A stretch of DNA of 64,000 nucleotides, taken from assembly GCA_032718475.1 (NCBI GenBank), contig JAUCBJ010007446.1:35335-99334 (forward strand), in the 5' to 3' direction. The notes beneath the pieces were generated by a model that saw only the letters and a program-made list of their open reading frames with translations, ran no database searches and was not told the DNA's origin. Position numbers and translations under genes: made by a program. Source of the stretch: Nemertoderma westbladi (Eukaryota > Animalia > Xenacoelomorpha). This document shows, piece after piece, positions 37,130 through 51,400 of this stretch (positions within the stretch are counted from its first letter, which is position 1; each line of letters begins with the position of its first letter).

Positions 37130-37870
37130 GTTGCCATTGTCTGTTTGTCAGTTTGTCTGCCAGCATACCACCAACCTGAAATGTTGGCAATGGGGGTTTT
37201 CTTGGTCGGTGAATTCATGAAATTTTTCATGCAGTTTGTACATTTAGTTACGTTTTATGAAATCTACACTGTCGGTTTGTCCGTCTTTCCGTCCGTTTGT
37301 CTGTCAAAAATCTAAGGAAGCATAACATCAGCCTGAAATTTTGGTTATGGGATTTTCTTGGTCGGTGATTTCACTTTTTACGTTTGATAAAATATTATCC
37401 CACTGTTTTATGAGTATTTTGGTTTAGTGTTTTTGTTAGGTTGGTTGCGGCACGAAAAATACAAGTACTGTAGCACAAATTTGATAATCAACAATCGTGA
37501 CCAAATCAATCTCATTTTTAGTCATTATGGGTTTTCTAGGACGCTGATTACGAATATGACACTCAAAAATAACGTATTATCCAACCAAATTCAATTTTTG
37601 CGTTTGAAATATTACTCCACTTGTATATTTTGATAGCTGCGTTACCACGAATGATTTTTAACAAGTTGTATCGTGATCAGCAACCTTGAAAACCCGTATA
37701 GCTTCAGAATTACCAAACCAAACGCAAAATTTAACTAATTTATAATTTTACGCTACTTGTTATTTTCGTTCTGGGGCACCAGAATGGCACCAAAATTGGG
37801 TTTGCATTTAGTAGAAATAATTATAACTAGTTGTATCGTGATCAGCGACATCGAAAACACGTACAGTCGG
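37130..37870. mobile_element. Degenerate Helitron/Helentron-associated (DINE/HINE-like) remnant
   Basis: (TGTC/CGTC)n microsatellite followed by CCTGAAATTTTGG...TTCTTGGTCGGTGA repeats and repeated GTTGTATCGTGATCAGC. Family assignment is inference. Confidence 0.4.
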
Positions 37871-38510
37871 GGTCTCAAAGTGCATCTGTTCTTTGAGATT
37901 TTCTCAAAGTTTTTCTAAAAGTGTCTAAAAGTCATTACATTACTCCCAACGGTCGCTTTGAATTCTTGTAGACACTTTTAGTTGGGAATCTCAAAGTGAT
38001 TTCCTGCTTTTAGGCACTTTTAATTCTTTGAGAAATGTCACTTTGAGGTAGTTTGCGGCACTTTTAATTCTTTGAGAAAATAAACTCCGAGGTATTCCTG
38101 ATTGACAGCTCGTGGTAGGTTAACTGAGAGGCAGAGGCATTCTCGGGGAACAATATTATGCGGGCAACAAAGTGATACTTGTGTGTTGGCCAGTTGTTGC
38201 ATAGAAGCTATATTCCCATTAATTTATCAAATTGAGGTTCCTGAGGTCATTACAGGATGGGTTTTCGGTCGCAAGTACAAATTGAATTTACGGCACCCTA
38301 AAGTCTTTCTAAAAAACATTCATTCAAATAATACATGAAACATAATTTGTGAAACAAGATTAATGCTTGACAAGATTGATTATTTTAATAACATAATACA
38401 ATATCAGATTAACAATTAATATAAGAGAAACTTCTCTGTAGTTTCTCTGTGTATACGCAGTTTCATTATAATGACCTAAAGAAGCCCTGTTGGGAGAAAG
38501 CTTGTAATAA

Positions 38511-41500
38511 CACGAAGTGGGGCCTTCGCGCAGCAAGTGACTTAAATTTAATTTAAGTACTAATTCGAAAGTATTACTGTATTAGCAAATTTTAAGCAGA
38601 TTTCGCCTAATCACTTTTTACCTCTTTCATTTCTATTCAGACATTTCTGACTCAGCGGTATAGTGAGAACTGAAGATGAATTAGGATCTCCAGCCCCACA
38701 AAGACACAGCCTATGGATGAATAGTACATACGTACATCGGCCAAGTTTCATCTTGAATAACGGATAACGAAATGAGAGACGGATCTCACTTTCAGAAATT
38801 TCGTCGTATAGCGGCAGACCGATTAAATCTCCCCCCCCCCCCCCCCCCCCACAAAGACGCAGCATGTGGTCCAGAATATATGGCAAGATTCAGCTTAAAC
38901 TGATTAAAATCAATGAGACGGGAGAATCTATTCACTTTCAGGCATAAAGTAGTCCTATAGCGGGTGACTGTTGAACTGATTTTCAACAAAACAAATTTTC
39001 AACTTGGCAGCTTTAAATTCGACAAAGTTATAAGCATGTCAATATCATAACGACGACAACGATTTCACTTTCAGACATTTGGCCCTCTAGCGGCAGACTG
39101 GAGAACTGCAGATGGATTCGCCTCCTTTGAAAGTCACAGCTAATGGTCTAATACATATCTGCCAAGTTTCAGCTTAAACGGATTAAAAGCAAAGAAATGG
39201 GAGGGCATTTAATGTTTAGACATGTGGCCCTCTAGCGGGAGACCATTGCACTGATGGTGTCTGAAAGTCTCTCAAAAATCTCAACTTTAGCTCATATTGA
39301 TACCTACAAATTTTAAACTTGGCAGCTTTAAATCCGACAAAGTTATTAGCATGTCAAAATCGTAACGACGACAACGATTTCACTTTCAGACCTTTGGCCC
39401 TCTAGCGGCAGACTGGAGAACTGCAGATGGATTCGCCTCCTTTGAAAGTCACAGCTAATGGTCTAATACATATCTGCCAAGTTTCAGCTTAAACGGATTA
39501 AAAGCAAAGAAATGGGAGGGCATTTAATGTTTAGACATGTGGCCCTCTAGCGGGAGACCATTGCACTTTTGGTGTCTGAAAGTCTCTCAAAAATCTCAAC
39601 TTTTGCTCATATTGATACCTACAAATTTTCAACTTGGCAGCTTTAAATCCGACAAAGTTATTAGCATGTCAAAATCGTAACGACGACGACGACGACAACG
39701 ACGACGACGACGACAACGACGACGACGACAACTATTTGCATAAATTGACCCACCCCCTAACAGTGTCAATTCGCTAAGGCTCCACCAACTTCGTGGCTTG
39801 CCCCACATTATTTTGTTATTCATTTCATTAGTCACCTCAGGTCAAACCGTACTACCTTTACTGTTTATTTAATATGATAACTATGTTGACGAGAGCGCGA
39901 GAATTCCTTCTTAAAAACTAAGAAAGGCTTTCGACTTTCAAGTACGATAGAACGGCTACACGAAGTGGGGCCTTCGCGCAGCACGTGACTTAAATTTAAT
40001 TTAAGTACTAATTCGAAAGTATTACTGTATTACCAAATTTTAAGCAGATTTCGCCTAATCACTTTTTACCTCTTTCATTTCTATTCAGACATTTCTGACT
40101 CTAGCGGTATAGTGAGAACTGAAGATGGATTAGGGTCTCCAGCCCCACAAAGACACAGCCTATGGATGAATAGTACATACGTATATCGGCCAAGTTTCAT
40201 CTTGAATAACGGATAACGAAATGAGAGACGGATCTCACTTTCAGAAATTTCGTCGTATAGCGGCAGACCGATTAAATCTCCCCCCCCCCCCCACAAAGAC
40301 GCAGCATGTGGTCCAGAATATATGGCAAGATTCAGCTTAAACTGATTAAAATCAATGAGACGGGATAATCTATTCACTTTCAGGCATAAAGTAGTCCTAT
40401 AGCGGGTGACTGTTGAACTGATTTTCAACAAAACAAATTTTCAACTTGGCAGCTTTAAATTCGACAAAGTTATAAGCATGTCAATATCATAACGACGACA
40501 ACGATTTCACTTTCAGACATTTGGCCCTCTAGCGGCAGACTGGAGAACTGCAGATGGATTCGCCTCATTTGAAAGTCACAGCTAATGGTCTAATACATAT
40601 CTGCCAAGTTTCAGCTTAAACGGATTAAAAGCAAAGAAATGGGAGGGCATTTAATGTTTAGACATGTGGCCCTCTAGCGGGAGACCATTGCACTGATGGT
40701 GTCTGAAAGTCTCTCAAAAATCTCAACTTTAGCTCATATTGATACCTACAAATTTTCAACTTGGCAGCTTTAAATCCGACAAAGTTATTAGCATGTCAAA
40801 ATCGTAACGACGACAACGATTTCACTTTCAGACCTTTGGCCCTCTAGCGGCAGACTGGAGAACTGCAGATGGATTCGCCTCCTTTGAAAGTCACAGCTAA
40901 TGGTCTAATACATATCTGCCAAGTTTCAGCTTAAACGGATTAAAAGCAAAGAAATGGGAGGGCATTTAATGTTTAGACATGTGGCCCTCTAGCGGGAGAC
41001 CATTGCACTGATGGTGTCTGAAAGTCTCTCAAAAATCTCAACTTTAGCTCATATTGATACCTACAAATTTTCAACTTGGCAGCTTTAAATCCGACAAAGT
41101 TATTACCATGTCAAAATCGTAACAACGACAACGATTTCACTTTCAGACCTTTGGCCCTCTAGCGGCAGACTGGAGAACTGCAGATGGATTCGCCTCCTTT
41201 GAAAGTCACAGCTAATGGTCTAATACATATCTGCCAAGTTTCAGCTTAAACGGATTAAAAGCAAAGAAATGGGAGGGCATTTAATGTTTAGACATGTGGC
41301 CCTCTAGCGGGAGACCATTGCACTGATGGTGTCTGAAAGTCTCTCAAAAATCTCAACTTTTGCTCATATTGATACCTACAAATTTTCAACTTGGCAGCTT
41401 TAAATCCGACAAAGTTATTAGCATGTCAAAATCGTAACGACGACGACGACGACAACGACGACGACGACGACAACGACGACGACGACGATGACAACTATTT

Positions 41501-43202
41501 GCATAAATTGACCCACCCCCTAACAGTGTCAATTCGCTAAGGCTCCGCCAACTTCGTGGCTCGCCCCACATTATTTTGTTATTCATTTCATTAGTCACCT
41601 CAGGTCAAACCGTACTACCTTTACTGTTTATTTAATATGATAACTATGTTGACGAGAGCGCGAGAATTCCTTCTTAAAAACTAAGAAAGGCTTTCGACTT
41701 TCAAGTACGATAGAACGGCTACACGAAGTGGGGCCTTCGCGCAGCACATGACTTAAATTTAATTTAAGTACTAATTCGAAAGTATTACTGTATTAGCAAA
41801 TTTTAAGCAGATTTCACCTAATCACTTTTTACCTCTTTCATTTCTATTCAGACATTTCTGACTCTAGCGGTATAGTGAGAACTGAAGATGGATTAGGGTC
41901 TCCAGCCCCACAAAGACACAGCCTATGGATGAATAGTACATACGTACATCGGCCAAGTTTCATCTTGAATAACGGATAACGAAATGAGAGACGGATCTCA
42001 CTTTCAGAAATTTCGTCGTATAGCGGCAGACCGATTAAATCTCCCCCCCCCCCCCCCCACAAAGACGCAGCATGTGGTCCAGAATATATGGCAAGATTCA
42101 GCTTAAACTGATTAAAATCAATGAGACGGGAGAATCTATTCACTTTCAGGCATAAAGTAGTCCTATAGCGGGTGACTGTTGAACTGATTTTCAACAAAAC
42201 AAATTTTCAACTTGGCAGCTTTAAATTCGACAAAGTTATAAGCATGTCAATATCATAACGACGACAACGATTTCACTTTCAGACATTTGGCCCTCTAGCG
42301 GCAGACTGGAGAACTGCAGATGGATTCGCCTCCTTTGAAAGTCACAGCTAATGGTCTAATACATATCTGCCAAGTTTCAGCTTAAACGGATTAAAAGCAA
42401 AGAAATGGGAGGGCATTTAATGTTTAGACATGTGGCCCTCTAGCGGGAGACCATTGCACTGATGGTGTCTGAAAGTCTCTCAAAAATCTCAACTTTAGCT
42501 CATATTGATACCTACAAATTTTCAACTTGGCAGCTTTAAATCCGACAAAGTTATTAGCATGTCAAAATCGTAACGACGACAACGATTTCACTTTCAGACC
42601 TTTGGCCCTCTAGCGGCAGACTGGAGAACTGCAGATGGATTCGCCTCCTTTGAAAGTCACAGCTAATGGTCTAATACATATCTGCCAAGTTTCAGCTTAA
42701 ACGGATTAAAAGCAAAGAAATGGGAGGGCATTTAATGTTTAGACATGTGGCCCTCTAGCGGGAGACCATTGCACTGATGGTGTCTGAAAGTCTCTCAAAA
42801 ATCTCAACTTTAGCTCATATTGATACCTACAAATTTTCAACTTGGCAGCTTTAAATCCGACAAAGTTATTAGCATGTCAAAATCGTAACGACGACAACGA
42901 TTTCACTTTCAGACCTTTGGCCCTCTAGCGGCAGACTGGAGAACTGCAGATGGATTCGCCTCCTTTGAAAGTCACAGCTAATGGTCTAATACATATCTGC
43001 CAAGTTTCAGCTTAAACGGATTAAAAGCAAAGAAATGGGAGGGCATTTAATGTTTAGACATGTGGCCCTCTAGCGGGAGACCATTGCACTGATGGTGTCT
43101 GAAAGTCTCTCAAAAATCTCAACTTTAGCTCATATTGATACCTACAAATTTTCAACTTGGCAGCTTTAAATCCGACAAAGTTATTAGCATGTCAAAATCG
43201 TA

Positions 43203-43240
<38 letters not shown>

Positions 43241-43998
43241 AACGACGACGACGACGACAACGACGATGACAACGACGACGACGACGACAACTATTTGCAT
43301 AAATTGACCCACCCCCTAACAGTGTCAATTCGCTAAGGCTCCGCCAACTTCGTGGCTCGCCCCACATTATTTTGTTATTCATTTCATTAGTCACCTCAGG
43401 TCAAACCGTACTACCTTTACTGTTTATTTAATATGATAACTATGTTGACGAGAGCGCGAGAATTCCTTTCTTAAAAACTAAGAAAGGCTTTCGACTTTCA
43501 AGTACGATAGAACGGCTACACGAAGTGGGGCCTTCGCGCAGCACGTGACTTAAATTTAATTTAAGTACTAATTCGAAAGTATTACTGTATTAGCAAATTT
43601 TAAGCAGATTTCGCCTAATCACTTTTTACCTCTTTCATTTCTATTCAGACATTTCTGACTCTAGCGGTATAGTGAGAACTGAAGATGGATTAGGGTCTCC
43701 AGCCCCACAAAGACACAGCCTATGGATGAATAGTACATACGTACATCGGCCAAGTTTCATCTTGAATAACGGATAACGAAATGAGAGACGGATCTCACTT
43801 TCAGAAATTTCGTCGTATAGCGGCAGACCGATTAAATCTCCCCCCCCCCCCCCCCCCACAAAGACGCAGCATGTGGTCCAGAATATATGGCAAGATTCAG
43901 CTTAAACTGATTAAAATCAATGAGACGGGAGAATCTATTCACTTTCAGGCATAAAGTAGTCCTATAGCGGGTGACTGTTGAACTGATTTTCAACAAAA
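38511..43998 (+). mobile_element. Head-to-tail array (3 full + 1 partial) of a 1.45-1.8-kb non-autonomous Helentron-like (HINE-type) element
   Basis: Units start CACGAAGTGGGGCCTTCGCG at 38511, 39959, 41722, 43519. Each has 2-3 internal ~315-bp repeats, a (GAC)n microsatellite, and an imperfect inverted copy of the start (CGCTAAGGCTCCGCCAACTTCGTG) near its end. Confidence 0.65.
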
Positions 43999-43999
43999 C

Positions 44000-45413
44000 T
44001 ACAGTAAATACAGCAGTACCGGTTAGGACAGTTGGGCCTACAGACCTACAGAAGTACCGGTTCTGGCAGTTGGACCTACGGACCTACAGCAGTACCGGTT
44101 CTGGCAGTTGGGCCTACTGACCTACAGAAGTACCGGTTCAGGTTTACCGGTCACTACGGTATTTTGCAACCTTATTGCCTACTGCAATAAGATCGTTAAC
44201 TGTTACTGTTCGCGCTTTTGAAGACCTTTAGCAGTTTAACCTGCCAAAATTTATATGTCTTTTAGTTAATTAAAACACCTTTAGCATACGACAATATTTT
44301 ATGCTAATACACAAAACATTAGCCGAAGTCAGCCCATGCGCGATCATTCACCCGATGGATCTACACCCGGGAGGCTGAATTCGGATGCTTAAATTTTATT
44401 ATTGCAGTGTAAGGTTGCAGTGTAAACCTACTGTATTATTCGATAGATCGTTAATAATTAATTTCTGACAGATATTATTGGCTTTCGGGAAATATTAACA
44501 GTTCCTTTAGGACGTGGCGCTCTATCTATTTAAACAGAACTAGGACTTATACTAAACGCAACGATACCGCTTATGATTAAAGTATAAGGCGTATTCTTTA
44601 GGAAATACTTTGTTACCAATCACAATCATGCACACTATTCTGCCGACCGTCAGTATATTTGATCACACATAAAGAGAGCAGCAATTGACTCATGTAGGGT
44701 CTGCTAAATAACATTAGATTCAATACACACCACATTAATATAAATCGCAATTGTTATATATAGCCTGTCTCTCTAACCTGTAGTGTATCAAGAAAATTGG
44801 GAAATTTGGGTGATTTATCCGTATTCTCCAAAGGGCAATATTTCATCAACAAATAGATACAATTAATAACTGACGGTAAATAACAGTACAAACAATATGA
44901 TTAGTGCAGTTAAATTAAATGATTGAGACTTATTAAGTAAGTTAAGTTGAGTTAGGTAACAGTTATACTTTCGGTAATTTAAGCAGTTTTACTAGAGTTC
45001 TTCCCAAAAGCCGGTGTTATGGCGAAAAATGGGAACATAACAACAGAATCATATGAAGAATCATATGACTAGAATGACTATACGAGGATACCAACTACCC
45101 TTATTCCACGAAGCTCCCGTTCAACACAGAGGATGAGCATAGAGATAGGAAATTCAGTTCAGTAGCTCTGGGATAGGTCGAAATCAACGCCCACTCAAAT
45201 TCTATTGGCCGACACGGACAGCAGGGCAGAGGCAACCTCCCTAAGCTGGTTGGCCGATTAAACTGAGCCCAGATATCTCCGTACAGCACATCAGCCAATA
45301 AGCTGGTAGCTTGCACTATTTTAGTTATAAATCCCTTTGAGAGTATTCTAGCGACCGGGGGGGAACTGGCCAGCAAAGGCAAACGTATCAGTTATCCCAC
45401 AAAAGCTTTTACA
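44000..45413 (-). mobile_element. Diverged relative of the BEL/Pao element: 5' LTR (44207-45413) plus start of the internal leader
   Basis: Minus strand starts TGTAAAAGCTTTTG and ends GCGCGAACA like the intact LTR. Shared blocks include GCGCCACGTCCTAAAGGAACTGTTAATATT, AGACCCTACATGAGTCA and TTGGCRGGTTAAACTGC. Confidence 0.88.
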
Positions 45414-48400
45414 GGTTGTCTCGGTTCCCAATTCCCTATCTGTATTCTACAGGTTGTCTCGGTTCCTACTTCCCTATCTGTATACAGGTTGTCTCGATTC
45501 CCAATTCCCTATCTGTATACTACAGGTTGTCTCGGTTCCCAATTCCATATCTGTATACTACAGGTTGTCTCGGTTCCCAATTCCCTATCTGTATTCTACA
45601 GGTTGTCTCGATTCCCAATTCCCTATCAGTATACTACAGGTTGTATCGGTTCCCAATTCCCTATCTGTATACTACAGGTTGTCTCGGTTCATACTTCCCT
45701 ATCTGTATACAGGTTGTCTCGATTCCCAATTCCCTATCAGTATACAGGTTGTCTCGGTTCCCAATTCCCTATCTGTATTCTACAGGTTGTCTCGATTCCC
45801 AATTCCCTATCAGTATACTACAGGTTGTATCGGTTCCCAATTCACTATCTGTATACTACAGGTTGTCTCGATTCCCAATTCCCTATCAGTATACTACAGG
45901 TTGTCTCGGTTCCCAATTCCCTATCTGTATACTACAGGTTGTCTCGGTTCCCAATTCCCTATATGTATACTACAGGTTGTCTCGGTTCCTACTTCCCTAT
46001 CTGTATACAGGTTGTCTCGATTCCCAATTCCCTATCTGTATACTACAGGTTGTCTCGGTTCCTACTTCCCTATCTGTATACAGGTTGTCTCGGTTCCCAA
46101 TTCCCTATCTGTATGCTACAGGTTGTCTCGATTCCCATTTCCCTATCAGTATACTACAGGTTGTCTCGGTCCCCAATTCCCTATCTGTATACTGCAAGTT
46201 GTCTCGGTTCCCAATTCCCTATCTGTATACTACAGGTTGTCTCGGTTCCTACTTCCCTATCTGTATACAGGTTGTCTCGATTCCCAATTCCCTATCAGTA
46301 TACTACAGGTTGACTCGATTCCCAATTCCCTATCTGTATACAGGTTGTCTCGGTTCCCAATTCCCTATCTGTATACAGGTTGTATCGGTTCCCAATTCCC
46401 TATCTGTATACTACAGGTTGTCTCGGTTCCCAATTCCCCCTCTGTATTCTACAGGTTGTCTCGGTTCCTACTTCCCTATCTGTATACAGGTTGTCTCGAT
46501 TCCCAATTCCCTATCTGTATACAGGATGTATCGGTTCCCAATTCCCTATCTGTATACTACAGGTTGTCTCGGTTACCAATTCCCTATCTGTATACTACAG
46601 TTGTCTCGGTTCCCAATTCCCTATCTGTATACTACAGGTTGTCTCGGTTCCTACTTTCCTATCTGTATACAGGTTGTCTCGATTCCCAATTCCCTATCTG
46701 TATACTACAGGTTGTCTCGGTTCCTACTTCCCTATCTGTATACAGGTTGTCTCGGTTCCCAATTCCCTATCTGTATACTACAGGTTGTCTCGGTTCCCAA
46801 TTCCCTATCTGTATACAGGTTGTATCGGTTCCCAATTCCCTATATGTATACAGGTTGTCTCGGTTCCCAATTCCCTATCTGTATTCTACAGGTTGTCTCG
46901 GTTCCTACTTCCCTATCTGTATACAGGTTGTCTCGATTCCCAATTCCCTATCTGTATACTACAGGTTGTCTCGGTTCCCAATTCCATATCTGTATACTAC
47001 AGGTTGTCTCGGTTCCCAATTCCCTATCTGTATTCTACAGGTTGTCTCGATTCCCAATTCCCTATCTGTATACTACAGGTTGTATCGGTTCCCAATTCCC
47101 TATCTGTATACTACAGGTTGTCTCGGTTCATACTTCCCTATCTGTATACAGGTTGTCTCGATTCCCAATTCCCTATCTGTATACTACAGGTTGTATCGGT
47201 TCCCAATTCCCTATCTGTATACTACAGGTTGTCTCGGTTCATACTTCCCTATCTGTATACAGGTTGTCTCGATTCCCAATTCCCTATCAGTATACAGGTT
47301 GTCTCGGTTCCCAATTCCCTATCTGTATACTACAGGTTGTCTCGGTTCATACTTCCCTATCTGTATACAGGTTGTCTCGATTCCCAATTCCCTATCAGTA
47401 TACAGGTTGTCTCGGTTCCCAATTCCCTATCTGTATTCTACAGGTTGTCTCGGTTCCCAATTCCCTATCTGTATTCTACAGGTTGTCTCGATTCCCAATT
47501 CCCTATCTGTATACTACAGGTTGTCTCGGTTCCCAATTCCATATCTGTATACTACAGGTTGTCTCGGTTCCCAATTCCCTATCTGTATTCTACAGGTTGT
47601 CTCGATTCCCAATTCCCTATCTGTATACTACAGGTTGTATCGGTTCCCAATTCCCTATCTGTATACTACAGGTTGTCTCGGTTCATACTTCCCTATCTGT
47701 ATACAGGTTGTCTCGATTCCCAATTCCCTATCTGTATACTACAGGTTGTATCGGTTCCCAATTCCCTATCTGTATACTACAGGTTGTCTCGGTTCATACT
47801 TCCCTATCTGTATACAGGTTGTCTCGATTCCCAATTCCCTATCAGTATACAGGTTGTCTCGGTTCCCAATTCCCTATCTGTATTCTACAGGTTGTCTCGA
47901 TTCCCAATTCCCTATCAGTATACTACAGGTTGTATCGGTTCCCAATTCCCTATCTGTATACTACAGGTTGTCTCGATTCCCAATTCCCTATCAGTATACT
48001 ACAGGTTGTATCGGTTCCCAATTCCCTATCTGTATACTACAGGTTGTCTCGATTCCCAATTCCCTATCAGTATACTACAGGTTGTATCGGTTCCCAATTC
48101 CCTATCTGTATACTACAGGTTGTCTCGGTTCCCAATTCCATATCTGTATACTACAGGTTGTCTCGGTTCCCAATTCCCTATCTGTATTCTACAGGTTGTC
48201 TCGATTCCCAATTCCCTATCAGTATACTACAGGTTGTATCGGTTCCAAATTCCCTATCTGTATACTACAGGTTGTATCGGTTCCCAATTCCCTATCTGTA
48301 TACTACAGGTTGTATCGGTTCCTAATTCCCTATCTGTATACTACAGGTTGTATCGGTTCCCAATTCCCTATCTGTATACTACAGGTTGTATCGGTTCCCA

Positions 48401-51400
48401 ATTCCCTATCTGTATACTACAGGTTGTCTCGGTTCATACTTCCCTATCTGTATACAGGTTGTCTCGATTCCCAATTCCCTATCAGTATACAGGTTGTCTC
48501 GGTTCCCAATTCCCTATCTGTATTCTACAGGTTGTCTCGATTCCCAATTCCCTATCAGTATACTACAGGTTGTATCGGTTCCCAATTCCCTATCTGTATA
48601 CTACAGGTTGTCTCGATTCCCAATTCCCTATCTCTATACTACAGGTTGTCTCGGTTCCCAATTCCCTATCTGTATACAGGTTGTCTCGATTCCCAATTCC
48701 CTATCAGTATACAGGTTGTCTCGGTTCCCAATTCCCTATCTGTATTCTACAGGTTGTCTCGATTCCCAATTCCCTATCAGTATACTACAGGTTGTATCGG
48801 TTCCCAATTCCCTATCAGTATACTACAGGTTGTATCGGTTCCCAATTCCCTATCTGTATTCTACAGGTTGTCTCGATTCCCAATTCCCTATCAGTATACT
48901 ACAGGTTGTATCGGTTCCCAATTCCCTATCTGTATACTACAGGTTGTCTCGATTCCCAATTCCCTATCTCTATACTACAGGTTGTCTCGGTTCCCAATTC
49001 CCTATCTGTATACAGGTTGTCTCGATTCCCAATTCCCTATCAGTATACAGGTTGTCTCGGTTCCCAATTCCCTATCTGTATTCTACAGGTTGTCTCGATT
49101 CCCAATTCCCTATCAGTATACTACAGGTTGTATCGGTTCCCAATTCCCTATCAGTATACTACAGGTTGTATCGGTTCCCAATTCCCTATCTGTATACTAC
49201 AGGTTGTCTCGATTCCCAATTCCCTATCTGTATACAGGTTGTTTCGGTTCCTACTTCCCTATCTGTATACTACAGGTTGTCTCGGTTCCCAATTCCCTAT
49301 CTGTATACTACAGGTTGTATCGGTTCCCAATTCCCTATCTGTATACTACAGGTTGTCTCGGTTCCCAATTCCATATCTGTATACTACAGGTTGTCTCGGT
49401 TCCCAATTCCCTATCTGTATTCTACAGGTTGTCTCGATTCCCAATTCCCTATCAGTATACTACAGGTTGTATCGGTTCCCAATTCCCTATCTGTATACTA
49501 CAGGTTGTCTCGGTTCCCAATTCCATATCTGTATACTACAGGTTGTCTCGGTTCCCAATTCCCTATCTGTATTCTACAGGTTGTCTCGATTCCCAATTCC
49601 CTATCAGTATACTACAGGTTGTATCGGTTCCCAATTCCCTATCTGTATACTACAGGTTGTCTCGGTTCCCAATTCCATATCTGTATACTACAGGTTGTCT
49701 CGGTTCCCAATTCCCTATCTGTATTCTACAGGTTGTCTCGATTCCCAATTCCCTATCAGTATACTACAGGTTGTATCGGTTCCCAATTCCCTATCTGTAT
49801 ACTACAGGTTGTCTCGGTTCCCAATTCCATATCTGTATACTACAGGTTGTCTCGGTTCCCAATTCCCTATCTGTATTCTACAGGTTGTCTCGATTCCCAA
49901 TTCCCTATCAGTATACTACAGGTTGTATCGGTTCCCAATTCCCTATCTGTATACTACAGGTTGTCTCGGTTCCCAATTCCATATCTGTATACTACAGGTT
50001 GTCTCGGTTCCCAATTCCCTATCTGTATTCTACAGGTTGTCTCGATTCCCAATTCCCTATCAGTATACTACAGGTTGTATCGGTTCCCAATTCCCTATCT
50101 GTATACTACAGGTTGTCTCGGTTCCCAATTCCATATCTGTATACTACAGGTTGTCTCGGTTCCCAATTCCCTATCTGTATTCTACAGGTTGTCTCGATTC
50201 CCAATTCCCTATCAGTATACTACAGGTTGTATCGGTTCCCAATTCCCTATCTGTATACTACAGGTTGTCTCGGTTCCCAATTCCATATCTGTATACTACA
50301 GGTTGTCTCGGTTCCCAATTCCCTATCTGTATTCTACAGGTTGTCTCGATTCCCAATTCCCTATCAGTATACTACAGGTTGTATCGGTTCCCAATTCCCT
50401 ATCTGTATACTACAGGTTGTCTCGATTCCCAATTCCCTATCTCTATACTACAGGTTGTCTCGGTTCCCAATTCCCTATCTGTATACAGGTTGTCTCGGTT
50501 CCCAATTCCATATCTGTATACTACAGGTTGTCTCGATTCCCAATTCCCTATCAGTATACTACAGGTTGTATCGGTTCCCAATTCCCTATCTGTATACTAC
50601 AGGTTGTCTCGATTCCCAATTCCCTATCTCTATACTACAGGTTGTCTCGGTTCCCAATTCCCTATCTGTATTCTACAGGTTGTCTCGATTCCCAATTCCC
50701 TATCAGTATACTACAGGTTGTATCGGTTCCCAATTCCCTATCTGTATACTACAGGTTGTCTCGGTTCCCAATTCCATATCTGTATACTACAGGTTGTCTC
50801 GGTTCCCAATTCCCTATCTGTATTCTACAGGTTGTCTCGATTCCCAATTCCCTATCAGTATACTACAGGTTGTATCGGTTCCCAATTCCCTATCTGTATA
50901 CTACAGGTTGTCTCGGTTCCCAATTCCATATCTGTATACTACAGGTTGTCTCGGTTCCCAATTCCCTATCTGTATTCTACAGGTTGTCTCGATTCCCAAT
51001 TCCCTATCAGTATACTACAGGTTGTATCGGTTCCCAATTCCCTATCTGTATACTACAGGTTGTCTCGGTTCCCAATTCCATATCTGTATACTACAGGTTG
51101 TCTCGGTTCCCAATTCCCTATCTGTATTCTACAGGTTGTCTCGATTCCCAATTCCCTATCAGTATACTACAGGTTGTATCGGTTCCCAATTCCCTATCTG
51201 TATACTACAGGTTGTCTCGATTCCCAATTCCCTATCTCTATACTACAGGTTGTCTCGGTTCCCAATTCCCTATCTGTATACAGGTTGTCTCGATTCCCAA
51301 TTCCCTATCAGTATACAGGTTGTCTCGGTTCCCAATTCCCTATCTGTATTCTACAGGTTGTCTCGATTCCCAATTCCCTATCAGTATACTACAGGTTGTA

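Noticed and set aside
38102-38338. Possible upstream neurexin (EGF) exon
   Set aside because: The minus-strand frames I translated hit stops and lack EGF cysteine spacing.
38611-43859. Repeated Gly- and Arg-rich small ORFs
   Set aside because: They arise from poly-C and (GAC)n tracts whose length changes shift frame between copies.
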